A DNA stretch of 64,000 nucleotides, from positions 751 through 64,750 of the forward strand of contig JBDRKP010000054.1 in NCBI GenBank assembly GCA_043813875.1. The letters are read 5' to 3'. The position numbers and the translations under genes were made by a program. This DNA comes from an archaeon (lineage in GTDB: Archaea > EX4484-52 > B79-G9). Each line of letters starts with the position of its first letter. The first letter of the stretch is position 1. Positions 38,025 through 48,354 of this stretch are shown piece after piece. The notes under the pieces are model-generated. The model made no database searches. It saw only the letters and a list, made by a program, of their open reading frames with translations, and was not told where the DNA came from.

Positions 38025-40823
38025 ATGGATGAAAAACAGACTAGAGAGCAGTTAATAGACAAACAGTTAAAATCTGCGGGCTGGCTTAAAAAATATATAA
38101 AAGAAGAAGTTAATTCGGTTAAATCAAATTTTAAAAATAAAGATTATGTGCTTTCTAAAGGCAGGAATGATGATTCGGGAAGATTTCTAGATTATTTGTT
38201 GCTGGCTGAAGATAATAGTCCAATTGCTTTAATTGAAGCCAAAAAAACCTCGGTTTCAGTAGATAGCGGGCGAGCTCAATCAAGAACATATCTTAAAGAT
38301 ATTGAATCTCAAACAAAGGAAAAAATCCCTATTTTTTTAACTAATGGTACTAACTGGCTTCTCATAGATCAAGATGGAATTGAGCGATATGTTAGTGGGC
38401 CTTTCTCCCAATCGGACTTGAAAAGAAGGATGGAACTTTTTAGAAAGAGGAGAGATCCGACTAAAATCAATATCGGAAAAATTGTAGATCGGCCAAAAAG
38501 CATTCTTATTGTTAAACAAATGATGGAACATATTCAAAATGGTCACAGAACAGCCTTAATAAATATGGCTACAGGAACAGGAAAGACCAGGGTTGCTATG
38601 GCAATTATTGATGTTCTGCTTAGAGCAAATATTGTGAGGAATGTTTTATTTATCGCTGATAGAATTGCATTGACTAATCAGGCAAAATCGGCTGGTTTTA
38701 AGGAATTTTTTGGTAGTGAAGCGGTAACCGATTTACGTGATAATCCTCAAAGTTTTCCAAATGGCTTATATGTTTCAACAATTCAGACCCTTAAGGGTGG
38801 TAAGAAAAGAAGATACTATCCTAAAATTAATTCCGGATTTTTTGATTTGATTATTTTTGATGAAGCCCATAGATCTATTTATGATCCGACCCAAGAAATA
38901 TTTAGATATTTTGATGCCATAAAACTTGGACTTACAGCAACGCCATCAAAAGAGGAAAGTCATAACACATTTAAGTTGTTTGGTTGTGTTGACAATAAGC
39001 CAACAGTTGAATATTCTTATGATGAAGCAATACGGGATGGAGTTTTAGTTCCTTATAATGCGGAGATAATTGATACAAAAAATTTAACACTGGGAATCGA
39101 AGGAGCTAAACTTGATAAGTATCTTCAAGACCAATTAAGAAAACAAGAAGAAGATCCAAATTATACTATGCTTTCAGGCGGGTCTTTTGCAAAAGTTTTT
39201 ATGGATGACAAAACTAATGAATTGATTATCCGAGAATTTATGAATAGATGTTATAAATCTGATGAAGGAAAACCGGCAAAAACGATATTCTTTTGTGCAA
39301 ATCAAAAACATGCATGGCATATTAAACGAATATTTAGTAAATTATATCCTAAGTTAAATGATGATGTTCAGGTAATAGTTTCAGAGGTTTATCGTTATAC
39401 TGATGAATTGGCTAGATTCAAATTAGATTCTGAGCCAAGAATAGCTTTATCTGTTGGTGTTTTAGATACGGGAGTTGATATACCCGAAGTGTGCAATTTA
39501 GTTTTTGTTAAACCCGTTTTCACACCAATAAGGTTTTGGCAAATGTTGGGTAGAGGGACTAGAAATTATAATTCTTGTAAGCATAAAGACTGGCTTCCAA
39601 ATAGTGAGAAAAATGATTTTTTAATTATGGATTTTAAAATTGGAGAGCATTCAAATATCAAGTATCATAATCTTAAAGTTGCCAAAGAAAGTAAGGCCGG
39701 AACAGATTCTATGACTATAAGTTTCATAAATAAAGTAGAACTGTTAAAGAAAAAATTAAACCCTACTCAAAAAGAATTTGTTGAAACAAAAATCATTAAT
39801 GAGGTAGATTCCTTAGATAAAGATTCGTTTATTGTCAGAGAAAAACTTTCATTAATTAATACTATATTGGATACTAGGAGCGTTTCTTCTAAATCAATGA
39901 TGGTTGCAGAAACAAAAGAACCGTATGGGGCTAGTATAAAGAAAACTGTAAGATCACGATTTGAGTTAAAAGATTACATCGGTGAATTAAAAAATGAGAT
40001 TGCGCCACTTATTTCGTTAAATCCTGGAAAACATCCTATTGTTTCTTCATTCATTTTACAAGTTGAAAAATTATTCAAGTTTATTTTAGATAATAATAAA
40101 GACGGCATATATAAGATACAAGAATCGGTTAAAGAAAAAATGGAGAATATCTTACAGAAAGATAATTTGGAAGCGATTCAAGAAAAAAGACAAGACATAT
40201 TGAGGGTTTTTCAAGAGAACTTCTGGGATGAACTGACTTTTTACGATGTTGAGTTTATGATTACAGAGCTTGCACCATTGATGGTTTATTATGAAAAAAA
40301 TCCAAAAAGAATGATTCAGATTGATGCTCCAGATTTAGTTTTAAAGGTTGAAGAATTCAAGAAAGAAGTTAAAGTGGACGACGAATTAATTAAATTTTTA
40401 GAAACAAATCCTCTTGTCAATAAAATCAGGAACGGGGAAGGAATAACTCCCGCTGAATTGCTCAAGCTTGAGGAACAATTAAGTGCATTACGACCAGAAA
40501 TAACTATTGATAATGTCCAGAGGATTCAAAAGATTGATTTTTTGGTTTTCTTAAGAAATATATTGGGCTTGAAGCAAGAATACGACCCTTCGGTTTTGAT
40601 AGAGCGGGAGTTTGACAAGCATATTCTTGAAAAAAGCCAGCATTATACTTCTGAGCAGATAAAGTTCTTACAGATTTTAAAAAAGGTGTTTGCTCGTACA
40701 AAGCACATAGAATTAAAGGATTTTACGGTTCCGCCTCTTTCTAATGAACGGCCTCTTGATAAGTTTCAGACTTCCGAGCTTCAAAGAATAGTTCTTGAGT
40801 GTAATAAGATTAAGATGAGGTAA
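38025..40823 (+). CDS. hsdR: Type I restriction enzyme, R subunit
   Basis: N-terminal HsdR_N nuclease-like domain (LLLAEDNSPIALIEAKK), helicase motif I NMATGTGKT, and motif II DEAH (IIFDEAHRS). 932 aa. Confidence 0.8.
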   Translation: MDEKQTREQLIDKQLKSAGWLKKYIKEEVNSVKSNFKNKDYVLSKGRNDDSGRFLDYLLLAEDNSPIALIEAKKTSVSVDSGRAQSRTYLKDIESQTKEKIPIFLTNGTNWLLIDQDGIERYVSGPFSQSDLKRRMELFRKRRDPTKINIGKIVDRPKSILIVKQMMEHIQNGHRTALINMATGTGKTRVAMAIIDVLLRANIVRNVLFIADRIALTNQAKSAGFKEFFGSEAVTDLRDNPQSFPNGLYVSTIQTLKGGKKRRYYPKINSGFFDLIIFDEAHRSIYDPTQEIFRYFDAIKLGLTATPSKEESHNTFKLFGCVDNKPTVEYSYDEAIRDGVLVPYNAEIIDTKNLTLGIEGAKLDKYLQDQLRKQEEDPNYTMLSGGSFAKVFMDDKTNELIIREFMNRCYKSDEGKPAKTIFFCANQKHAWHIKRIFSKLYPKLNDDVQVIVSEVYRYTDELARFKLDSEPRIALSVGVLDTGVDIPEVCNLVFVKPVFTPIRFWQMLGRGTRNYNSCKHKDWLPNSEKNDFLIMDFKIGEHSNIKYHNLKVAKESKAGTDSMTISFINKVELLKKKLNPTQKEFVETKIINEVDSLDKDSFIVREKLSLINTILDTRSVSSKSMMVAETKEPYGASIKKTVRSRFELKDYIGELKNEIAPLISLNPGKHPIVSSFILQVEKLFKFILDNNKDGIYKIQESVKEKMENILQKDNLEAIQEKRQDILRVFQENFWDELTFYDVEFMITELAPLMVYYEKNPKRMIQIDAPDLVLKVEEFKKEVKVDDELIKFLETNPLVNKIRNGEGITPAELLKLEEQLSALRPEITIDNVQRIQKIDFLVFLRNILGLKQEYDPSVLIEREFDKHILEKSQHYTSEQIKFLQILKKVFARTKHIELKDFTVPPLSNERPLDKFQTSELQRIVLECNKIKMR

Positions 40824-40825
40824 TT

Positions 40826-40851
40826 TGTAAACTTGAGTTTACAAATTAGCT
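40826..40851. terminator. Perfect 11-bp inverted repeat (AATTTGTAAAC-ttga-GTTTACAAATT) 3 bp after the hsdR stop
   Basis: Read directly from the sequence. It lies between hsdR and the embedded operon. Confidence 0.4.
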
Positions 40852-40868
40852 AAAGGTATATAAAGCTA

Positions 40869-41288
40869 TTGGTTCAAGTTATTGATATGATTAAAGAAAA
40901 ATGGGATGATAAGTATGATGTCAAGACGGTATCTGCTAAACTCAACCAGCTGGATTTTGTTAAATTTAAAATACACTGTGATACTAAAGGCATAACTCCT
41001 TCAAAGGAAATTAAAAATTTAATCGCTCATGAAATTAATGATCCAATAGCACAGAATGTTGCAGGTAAAAGCGTTTTTGTGTATAATCCTGCAAAAGACA
41101 ATTTCGGCTGGAAAGCTGTTTTGGATAAAGAGATTATTTCTTATATTGAAGATGACTTGTCTTTTGAATTTTTGAAGCAGTTAAAAGATGCTATTGATGT
41201 GGCAATTGATGAGCGAAACACATTCATACAGAAAACTAATAACGATTCTGTTTCAATACCAGGTAAAATACTGAGGAAAGGATTATGA
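40869..41288 (+). CDS. Hypothetical protein (first gene of the operon embedded in the R-M locus)
   Basis: 139 aa with no recognised domain. It overlaps the next gene by 4 bp. Confidence 0.4.
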   Translation: MVQVIDMIKEKWDDKYDVKTVSAKLNQLDFVKFKIHCDTKGITPSKEIKNLIAHEINDPIAQNVAGKSVFVYNPAKDNFGWKAVLDKEIISYIEDDLSFEFLKQLKDAIDVAIDERNTFIQKTNNDSVSIPGKILRKGL

Positions 41289-42157
41289 ACGAAGAAGCAA
41301 TAATCTCAAATGAAACGATAAAAAATAGAATTCATACAATCAGAGCAGTTCAAGTAATGCTGGATAGTGATTTAGCTGAATTGTATGGAATTCCTACGAA
41401 AGCGTTAAATCAAGCAGTTAAAAGGAATATTGCACGTTTTCCTGAAGATTTTATGTTTCAGTTGACCGACTCTGAAAAAGAAGAGCTGGTCACAGAATGT
41501 GACCACCTTACACCCCTTAAATTTTCTTATCAGTTGCCCAATGTATTTACAGAACAAGGCGTTGCAAGCTTATCGGGTGTTTTGAAAAGCGAAAAGGCAA
41601 TTGAAGTAAATATCCATGTAATCAGGGCTTTTGTTTCAATGCGCAGATTTATTTCAAAAAATGCAGAACTATTTAGACGATTGGATACGGTTGAAAGAAA
41701 ACAATTAGAATATGATAATAACTTTGAGCGAGTTTTTAACGCGATTGAAAACAAAGAATTTGTTAAAAAACAAGGAATCTTTTTTGACGGTCAGATTTTT
41801 GATGCTTATAATTTTGTTTCCGACTTGATAAGAAGCGCAAAAAAATCGATTGTGCTTATCGATAACTTTGTTGATGATTCTGTATTAACATTATTTTCCA
41901 AAAGAAGCGATAATGTAAATGTCATAATTTATACAAAAACCAGAACAAAGCAACTGAGATTGGACTTGGAAAAATATAATTCTCAATATCCCGCAATTGA
42001 TATCAAGGAATTTGATCGGTCTCATGACCGATTTCTGATAATTGACAATAATGTTGTATATCATATTGGCGCATCACTGAAAGATTTAGGAAAGAAATGG
42101 TTTGCCTTTTCAAAATTTGACAAAGATGCAATAAAGTTGTTGGATAAATTAGAATGA
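41285..42157 (+). CDS. ORF6N-domain protein
   Basis: N-terminal IRAVQVMLDSDLAELYGIPTKALNQAVKRNIARFPEDFMFQLT matches the ORF6N (KilA-N-related) domain. The C-terminal approximately 170 aa are uncharacterised. Confidence 0.7.
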   Translation: MNEEAIISNETIKNRIHTIRAVQVMLDSDLAELYGIPTKALNQAVKRNIARFPEDFMFQLTDSEKEELVTECDHLTPLKFSYQLPNVFTEQGVASLSGVLKSEKAIEVNIHVIRAFVSMRRFISKNAELFRRLDTVERKQLEYDNNFERVFNAIENKEFVKKQGIFFDGQIFDAYNFVSDLIRSAKKSIVLIDNFVDDSVLTLFSKRSDNVNVIIYTKTRTKQLRLDLEKYNSQYPAIDIKEFDRSHDRFLIIDNNVVYHIGASLKDLGKKWFAFSKFDKDAIKLLDKLE

Positions 42158-42206
42158 TGGTTGTGTGTTTGAATGGATAAATTAAGTAATTTACCTAAAA
42201 GATGGA

Positions 42207-43523
42207 ATGATGTTGAATTTAACAGAAGTGAGGAGCAAAAATATGATTACTGAATCCGAAACATTAGAGTTAAAAAAATCAACATCAGAACTAAAAGAAG
42301 CAGTTATTTCTATATCTTCAATTCTTAACAAACACCAAAAAGGAAAATTATATTTCGGAATCAAAAACAATGGGGTTGTTGTAGGTCAAAATATCGGTGA
42401 ACAAACAATAAGAACTATTTCAAAAACAATTTCAGATAAGATTGAACCTAAAATTTATCCCATAATAAATGTGATTACATTACAAGAAAAAGAATGCATA
42501 ATTGTAGAATTTCAGGGAATTGATGTACCGTATTACGCATACGGAAGAACCTATATGCGCGTGGGGGATGAAGATAGACAGTTAAGCGCAAAGGAAACAG
42601 AGAATTTAATTTTACAAAATAATAAAGATAAATTTGTATGGGATAACCAAGTTAATGAAAAATTTAGTTTAAATGATATTTCAGAGGATAAATTAAAATC
42701 GTATGTTAAAGATGCGGGCTTGAAGTATACGTCAAAAAAAGAAGTTCTTGAAAAATTAGAATTAATTAAAGATGGTAAATTGACTAATGCATCAATTGTG
42801 TTGTTTGGAGTCGAACCATCAAAATATTTTAGTTTATTGAATCTTAGATGTGCAACTTTTTTGGGTGAAAATAAAGCAAGTACGCCTTTGGATATGAGTG
42901 ATTTTAACGGCGATCTTTTTGAATTGATGATTCATGCCGAAAATTATATTTTACAGCACATTAATGTAGGGATGAGACTTGAAGGATTATATCGTATTGA
43001 TGTTCCTGAAATAAACAAAGATGCATTTAGAGAAGTAATCATAAATGCTTTTTGTCATAGGGATTATTCTATACCTCAAGAAATAAATGTCGCAGTGTTT
43101 AAGGATAAAATAGAAATAAGAAACCCTGGAGAATTATATGCTGGTTTGACAATTCAAGACATTTTAACAAAAAAAGTTTCTAAGCGAAGAAATTCATTAA
43201 TTGCAAATATATTTCATCGAGTTCATTTAGTTGAAAAGTGGGGAACGGGAATTGAAAAAATAAGATCGTTAGAGCCCACTGTTGAATTTGATGAATTTTC
43301 TGGGTTTTTTAATACAACGTTTAAGAGAAAGAATGTAGTTACAACAACTGTGGAGAAAATAATTGAGCTGATAAAAGAGAATCCACGCATAACGCAAAAG
43401 GAACTGGAAGAAAAAACCAACCTTTCCAGAAGAGGTGTAGAGTGGAATATTCAGCAAATGAAATCCAAAGGTATTATAAAAAGAGTCGGACCTGATAAAG
43501 GCGGCCATTGGGAAGTTGTTTGA
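42207..43523 (+). CDS. AlbA_2 (Schlafen-like) + HATPase_c_4 + C-terminal wHTH protein (RecG-C-like 'putative transcriptional regulator')
   Basis: N-terminal ETLELKKSTSELKEAVISISSILNKHQKGKLYFGIKNNGVVVGQ (AlbA_2). The central part resembles a HATPase-like domain. The C-terminal HTH is IIELIKENPRITQKELEEKTNLSRRGVEWNIQQMKSKGIIKRV. Confidence 0.7.
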   Translation: MMLNLTEVRSKNMITESETLELKKSTSELKEAVISISSILNKHQKGKLYFGIKNNGVVVGQNIGEQTIRTISKTISDKIEPKIYPIINVITLQEKECIIVEFQGIDVPYYAYGRTYMRVGDEDRQLSAKETENLILQNNKDKFVWDNQVNEKFSLNDISEDKLKSYVKDAGLKYTSKKEVLEKLELIKDGKLTNASIVLFGVEPSKYFSLLNLRCATFLGENKASTPLDMSDFNGDLFELMIHAENYILQHINVGMRLEGLYRIDVPEINKDAFREVIINAFCHRDYSIPQEINVAVFKDKIEIRNPGELYAGLTIQDILTKKVSKRRNSLIANIFHRVHLVEKWGTGIEKIRSLEPTVEFDEFSGFFNTTFKRKNVVTTTVEKIIELIKENPRITQKELEEKTNLSRRGVEWNIQQMKSKGIIKRVGPDKGGHWEVV

Positions 43524-44196
43524 GGTGGACAAACGAAAAATAGAGATATTAAAGTTAATTGATAAGGCGAAAAATTCAAATTATTGTGAAGATTATACGA
43601 CTTTGAAACGAGCAGGATATGAAAGTGGTTTGTTAAAATCCATGATCGACGATAAGTTAATAGAGTATAATTATTCGTTTTACCTAAAAGAAAAGGGCGA
43701 GACAATATTGCGTGATTATCTTATGATTGAAGCATTAGATAAAAAAAATACACCTAAACTCAAGATTATCTTTGATAGTAATGTGTATGATGAAATTGTC
43801 TCTGGAAATTTAAACCTCAATACAATCAACAAGGAAAAATATGAATTTTATATAACCCATATTCAGTCAGACGAGATAAGTAGCTGTCCTGATAATGAAA
43901 AAAGACAAGTACTAACATTGTTTCTATTAAAAATCGCACCAATAATAATTCCTACGGAATCAATAGTTCTCGACGTTTCAAGGTTTGGAGAAGCAAAGTT
44001 TGGAGATGGTCAACTTTTAGAAAAACTAAAGATAGGTAATTCTAAACACACAAAAGATGCTTTAATAGGCGAAACTGCAATTAAAAACAAACTTATTCTC
44101 GTCACGAATGATAAAAAAATGAACATCCGTGTGAATTTAAATGGTGGAAAGGCCATAGATATACACGAATTCAAAGAGATGTTAAATAATGATTAA
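43516..44196 (+). CDS. PIN-like domain protein (putative nuclease) with an N-terminal extension
   Basis: KIIFDSNVYDEIV (first acidic PIN motif) and DALIGETAIKNKLILVTNDKK (a C-terminal PIN motif similar to VapC A.IaatA...LvT.D). Confidence 0.45.
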   Translation: MFEVDKRKIEILKLIDKAKNSNYCEDYTTLKRAGYESGLLKSMIDDKLIEYNYSFYLKEKGETILRDYLMIEALDKKNTPKLKIIFDSNVYDEIVSGNLNLNTINKEKYEFYITHIQSDEISSCPDNEKRQVLTLFLLKIAPIIIPTESIVLDVSRFGEAKFGDGQLLEKLKIGNSKHTKDALIGETAIKNKLILVTNDKKMNIRVNLNGGKAIDIHEFKEMLNND

Positions 44197-45334
44197 AGAA
44201 AAACTGCCAGACGGTTGGACGGAAGTTGAATTGGGAGATGTATTAGATTACGAACAACCAACAAAATATATTGTTGATAGTGATGAATATAATGATGATT
44301 GTAAGACTCCAGTTTTAACCGCTGGTAAGTCTTTCATTTTAGGATATACTGATGAAAATGAAGGGATATATGATAAACTACCCGTAATCATATTTGATGA
44401 TTTTACTACCGCGAATAAATTTGTTACATTTCCATTTAAAGTAAAATCAAGTGCTATGAAATTATTGACTCTAAAAACGAAGGATGCTGATTTGAAATTT
44501 ATTTTCTGGTTAATGCAAACTCTTAATGTCAATTCCATCACACATAAACGATATTATTTATCCAAATATCAACACATTAAAATCATTCTCCCACCCCTCG
44601 CCACCCAGCAAAAAATCGTCTCAATTTTAGAAAAAGCAGAAAAAGCAAAAGGATGGCGAAAAGAAGCCGATAAACTGACAAATGATTTATTGAAAAGCGT
44701 TTTTTTGGATATGTTCGGGGACCCAGTGAGAAACAATAAAAAGTGGGAGATAAAAACTATTGAAGAATTATCTTCAGAGATTGTAGATTGTCCTCATTCA
44801 ACACCAAATTATGTTGATTATGTGACCGATTTTCCTTGCATCAGAACGACCGAGCTAAAAGATGGGTACATTGATTGGAAACAAATGAAATATTTAGATG
44901 AAGAAGGATATACGAAAAGGATCAAGAGACTGATCCCCATCGAAGATGACGTGATTTATGGTAGAGAAGGTTCATTTGGTGAATCTGCAAGAGTCCCCAC
45001 CAATACCAGGATAAGTTTAGGACAGAGGGTGATGTTGTTTAGACCGAAATCAGGAGTATGCAATAGCGTATTTTTATGGGCGTTACTCAGATCTAAAAGC
45101 ATTTATTTTCAAGCATCAAAAAAAACAAGTGGCTCTACCGTAGGGCACGTTAACATAAAGGACATTAAAAAATTCAAAGGTATATGCCCTCCAATAAAAT
45201 TACAGAACGAATTTTCTCAAATCGTTGAAAAAATCGAGGCGATGCGCGTCACCCAAAAAGAATCAAAGCATGAACTCGAAAACCTGTTCAATGCGCTTAT
45301 GCAGAAAGCTTTCAAGGGGGAATTGGCAGTATGA
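44189..45334 (+). CDS. hsdS: Type I restriction-modification system, specificity subunit
   Basis: Two target-recognition domains separated by a conserved central region (ILPPLATQQKIVSILEKAEKAK) and ending in a conserved C-terminal helix (LMQKAFKGEL). Confidence 0.85.
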   Translation: MIKEKLPDGWTEVELGDVLDYEQPTKYIVDSDEYNDDCKTPVLTAGKSFILGYTDENEGIYDKLPVIIFDDFTTANKFVTFPFKVKSSAMKLLTLKTKDADLKFIFWLMQTLNVNSITHKRYYLSKYQHIKIILPPLATQQKIVSILEKAEKAKGWRKEADKLTNDLLKSVFLDMFGDPVRNNKKWEIKTIEELSSEIVDCPHSTPNYVDYVTDFPCIRTTELKDGYIDWKQMKYLDEEGYTKRIKRLIPIEDDVIYGREGSFGESARVPTNTRISLGQRVMLFRPKSGVCNSVFLWALLRSKSIYFQASKKTSGSTVGHVNIKDIKKFKGICPPIKLQNEFSQIVEKIEAMRVTQKESKHELENLFNALMQKAFKGELAV

Positions 45335-45966
45335 AAGTAAAAACAATAAAACAGTATGCTTTAAGCGAAGAAACGCTAGAAAAAGACATCGATAAATTTA
45401 TACTATCTGCGCAAAATGGCGAATACAATTACGATTACAAATACGGTCAGGAAGGGCTAAAACTCATAAAAGCATATTTTAGAATGATTGAGGACGAGTT
45501 CAAAAAACAAAATTATACAGAATGCCAAAAATGCTACAAAAAATTAATGTTTTTACTTCTTCAATCCGAATATAACTACTTTGATTACGAAGATATTGTT
45601 GGAAAACTTAATTTTGAAAAGTTAATAAAAAACTATTTTTTATGCCTAATAAATATTTTTTCCGTTGAAGAACTATTCAACGAATATGTCGAATTTCTAA
45701 AAATAAGTGAAGATTATGAATTTGATTCAACACATAAAACCATACTATCTAACTTAAATGAAAAACAATTAGAGCAATTTAGAGAATTGGCTGAAAAAAA
45801 AGCAGAAACTATCAAAAAGGGTGATTATGCTAGTTATGACATTATTTATTTTATTTTAGAATTAGCACAACTCAAAAATGATCCAATTCAGTACAACCTG
45901 TTTTGCAAGAAATACACTCATATTTTAAGCGACGATGAGGATGATGAATTTGATGCAGTTAATTAA
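45331..45966 (+). CDS. Hypothetical all-alpha protein embedded between hsdS and hsdM
   Basis: 211 aa with no recognised domain. Overlapping start and stop with hsdS. Confidence 0.4.
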   Translation: MKVKTIKQYALSEETLEKDIDKFILSAQNGEYNYDYKYGQEGLKLIKAYFRMIEDEFKKQNYTECQKCYKKLMFLLLQSEYNYFDYEDIVGKLNFEKLIKNYFLCLINIFSVEELFNEYVEFLKISEDYEFDSTHKTILSNLNEKQLEQFRELAEKKAETIKKGDYASYDIIYFILELAQLKNDPIQYNLFCKKYTHILSDDEDDEFDAVN

Positions 45967-46010
45967 GTGATCGTGCATGAATACTCCAATTGGGTACTTG
46001 AGGTGAAAAC

Positions 46011-46883
46011 ATGAATAAAAACCATTCGATAAGATTATTCGAAAACAAGAATGTAAGGGTTCAATGGAATCAAGAAGAAGAAAAATGGTATTTTTCAATT
46101 ATCGATGTAATAGAAATATTAACTGGCAGCTCAATTCCAAGAAGATATTGGTCAGACCTAAAAATAAAGCTAAAATCTGAGGGTTTTGAGTTGTACGAAA
46201 AAATCGTACAACTGAAGATGCTTTCTTCAGATGGCAAAAAATATGAAACTGATTGTGCTGACACAGAGCTAATATTAAGAATAATTCAATCCATCCAATC
46301 ACCCAAAGCAGAGCCATTCAAAGTCTGGCTTGCAAAAGTCGGTAATGATAGAATAAATGAAACTTATGACCCCGAACTGGCATTTGACCGGGCAATGAAA
46401 ACATACATTCAAAAAGGGTACTCGAAAGAGTGGATCAATCAGAGACTAAAAACAATTGAAGTAAGAAAGGATCTTACGGACGAATGGCGCCGAACAGGAA
46501 TAGAAAAAGAAACGGACTTTGCCATACTTACAAACGAAATTACAAAAGCATGGTCTGGAAAAACAATTACCGAATACAAAAATCTAAAAAATCTAAAGAA
46601 AGAAAATCTGCGTGACAATATGTCAAATCTAGAACTTGTTTTGAACATGCTTGCAGAAGCCACAACAACAGAATTTTCAAAAAAAGAAGACCCCAAAACC
46701 TTCAGCCACAGTAGGCGTGTGGCCGTATTGGGCGGCACTGTTGCAGGAAATACAAGAAAAGATATAGAAAAACAATTAGGTGAGAGCATAGTGACATCAA
46801 AAAATGCAAAAGACAATCTTTCAGAATTATCATTAAATAATGTTTTTAAAATAGATGAAAAAAAGATTAAAAAGAGGCGATAA
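46011..46883 (+). CDS. Bro-N / DinD-like domain protein
   Basis: N-terminal IRLFENKNVRVQWNQEEEKWYFSIIDVIEILTGS resembles Bro-N/DinD (DNA-damage-inducible protein D) domains. The C-terminal half is coiled-coil. Confidence 0.55.
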   Translation: MNKNHSIRLFENKNVRVQWNQEEEKWYFSIIDVIEILTGSSIPRRYWSDLKIKLKSEGFELYEKIVQLKMLSSDGKKYETDCADTELILRIIQSIQSPKAEPFKVWLAKVGNDRINETYDPELAFDRAMKTYIQKGYSKEWINQRLKTIEVRKDLTDEWRRTGIEKETDFAILTNEITKAWSGKTITEYKNLKNLKKENLRDNMSNLELVLNMLAEATTTEFSKKEDPKTFSHSRRVAVLGGTVAGNTRKDIEKQLGESIVTSKNAKDNLSELSLNNVFKIDEKKIKKRR

Positions 46884-48354
46884 TATGCTAGACTCACAAT
46901 TAAAATCAAAAATAAACTTGCTTTGGAATAAATTCTGGAGCGGAGGGATATCAAACCCGCTTCAGGCAATAGAGCAGATGTCTTACTTAATCTTTATGAA
47001 ACGACTTGAAGACGAAGATGTTTCAAGAGAGCAAAACGCAAAACTTTTAGGTGGAAAATTCACATCAATATTCCCAAAACAAGATTATAAATGGTCTGTC
47101 TGGACAGAATATCCTGCCGAACAGATGCTTGAACATGTAAGAGATAATGTTTTTCCATTCTTAAGAAAGCTTAATGGCGGAGAAAATGGCGTTTATTCTA
47201 AATACATGAAAAACGCTTCTTTTTCAATTCCCACAGCATCCCTTTTAGCAGAAGCAGTAAAAATTATAAATGATATGCACATAAAAGAGCAGAACAGAGA
47301 TACAAAAGGAGATCTTTATGAGTATCTGTTAAGCCAGCTTCAAACAGCAGGGAAAAATGGGCAGTTTAGGACACCAAGGCATATAATCAAGATGATGGTA
47401 GAAATCCTAAATCCAAAATATGGCGATAAAATCTGCGATCCTGCCTGCGGAACAGCTGGCTTTTTGGTTGCGGCCTTTGAACATATTTTGAAAAACAACA
47501 CTTCTGATGATTTAGTGAAAGAAGGGAATTATGCAGGCGATAAATTAAATGAGCTCCAATGGAGAATGTTGCGAGACGAAACACTATATGGTTATGATTT
47601 TGATGATGTGATGCTCAAAATATCATTAATGAACTTAATGATGCACGGGATAAACAATCCTAATGTTGAGCAAAAAAATACTCTTTCAAAAAGGTTTGAT
47701 GAGTCAAACAGCTATGAAATAATCCTTGCAAATCCTCCATTTAAAGGAAGCATAGATGAATCAGACATAGGGGAAAATTTTAGGACACAAACAAAAAAAA
47801 CAGAACTTTTGTTTTTGGAATTGATGTATAATCTTTTAGTAAATAGCGGAAAATGTGCGGTCATTGTTCCAGACGGCGTTTTATTCGGCAATTCAAAAGC
47901 ACATAAAAATATCCGGCAATTGCTTTTAGAAAAATGCCGTCTTGATGCTGTTATTTCGATGCCGTCCGGGGTTTTCAAGCCTTACGCGGGTGTTTCAACC
48001 GCTGTAATGTTTTTCACAAAGGGCGAGCCAACTAAAGAAGTTTGGTTTTACGACATGCAGGCAGATGGTTTTAGCCTGGATGACAAAAGAACACCTCAAC
48101 CAGAAAAGAACGATATTCCAGATATTCTGAAACAATTTAAAAATAGGCAAAAAGATAAGCCCTTGGATAGAAAAGGAAAAGCTTTCTTTGTTCCGTTTGA
48201 AGAGATTAAAGGAAACAATTATGACTTAAGTATTTCAAAATACAAAGAAATAGAATATGAGGAAGTAGCATATGAAAAGCCAGAAGTCATAAAGAAGAAG
48301 ATATTAGAACTTGAGAATAAAATTATAGATGCTTTGAAAGATTTGGAGATATAA
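46855..48354 (+). CDS. hsdM: Type I restriction-modification system, N6-adenine DNA methyltransferase subunit
   Basis: HsdM_N region, motif I DPACGTAGFLV, and motif IV NPPF (LANPPFKGS). Confidence 0.9.
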   Translation: MKKRLKRGDNMLDSQLKSKINLLWNKFWSGGISNPLQAIEQMSYLIFMKRLEDEDVSREQNAKLLGGKFTSIFPKQDYKWSVWTEYPAEQMLEHVRDNVFPFLRKLNGGENGVYSKYMKNASFSIPTASLLAEAVKIINDMHIKEQNRDTKGDLYEYLLSQLQTAGKNGQFRTPRHIIKMMVEILNPKYGDKICDPACGTAGFLVAAFEHILKNNTSDDLVKEGNYAGDKLNELQWRMLRDETLYGYDFDDVMLKISLMNLMMHGINNPNVEQKNTLSKRFDESNSYEIILANPPFKGSIDESDIGENFRTQTKKTELLFLELMYNLLVNSGKCAVIVPDGVLFGNSKAHKNIRQLLLEKCRLDAVISMPSGVFKPYAGVSTAVMFFTKGEPTKEVWFYDMQADGFSLDDKRTPQPEKNDIPDILKQFKNRQKDKPLDRKGKAFFVPFEEIKGNNYDLSISKYKEIEYEEVAYEKPEVIKKKILELENKIIDALKDLEI

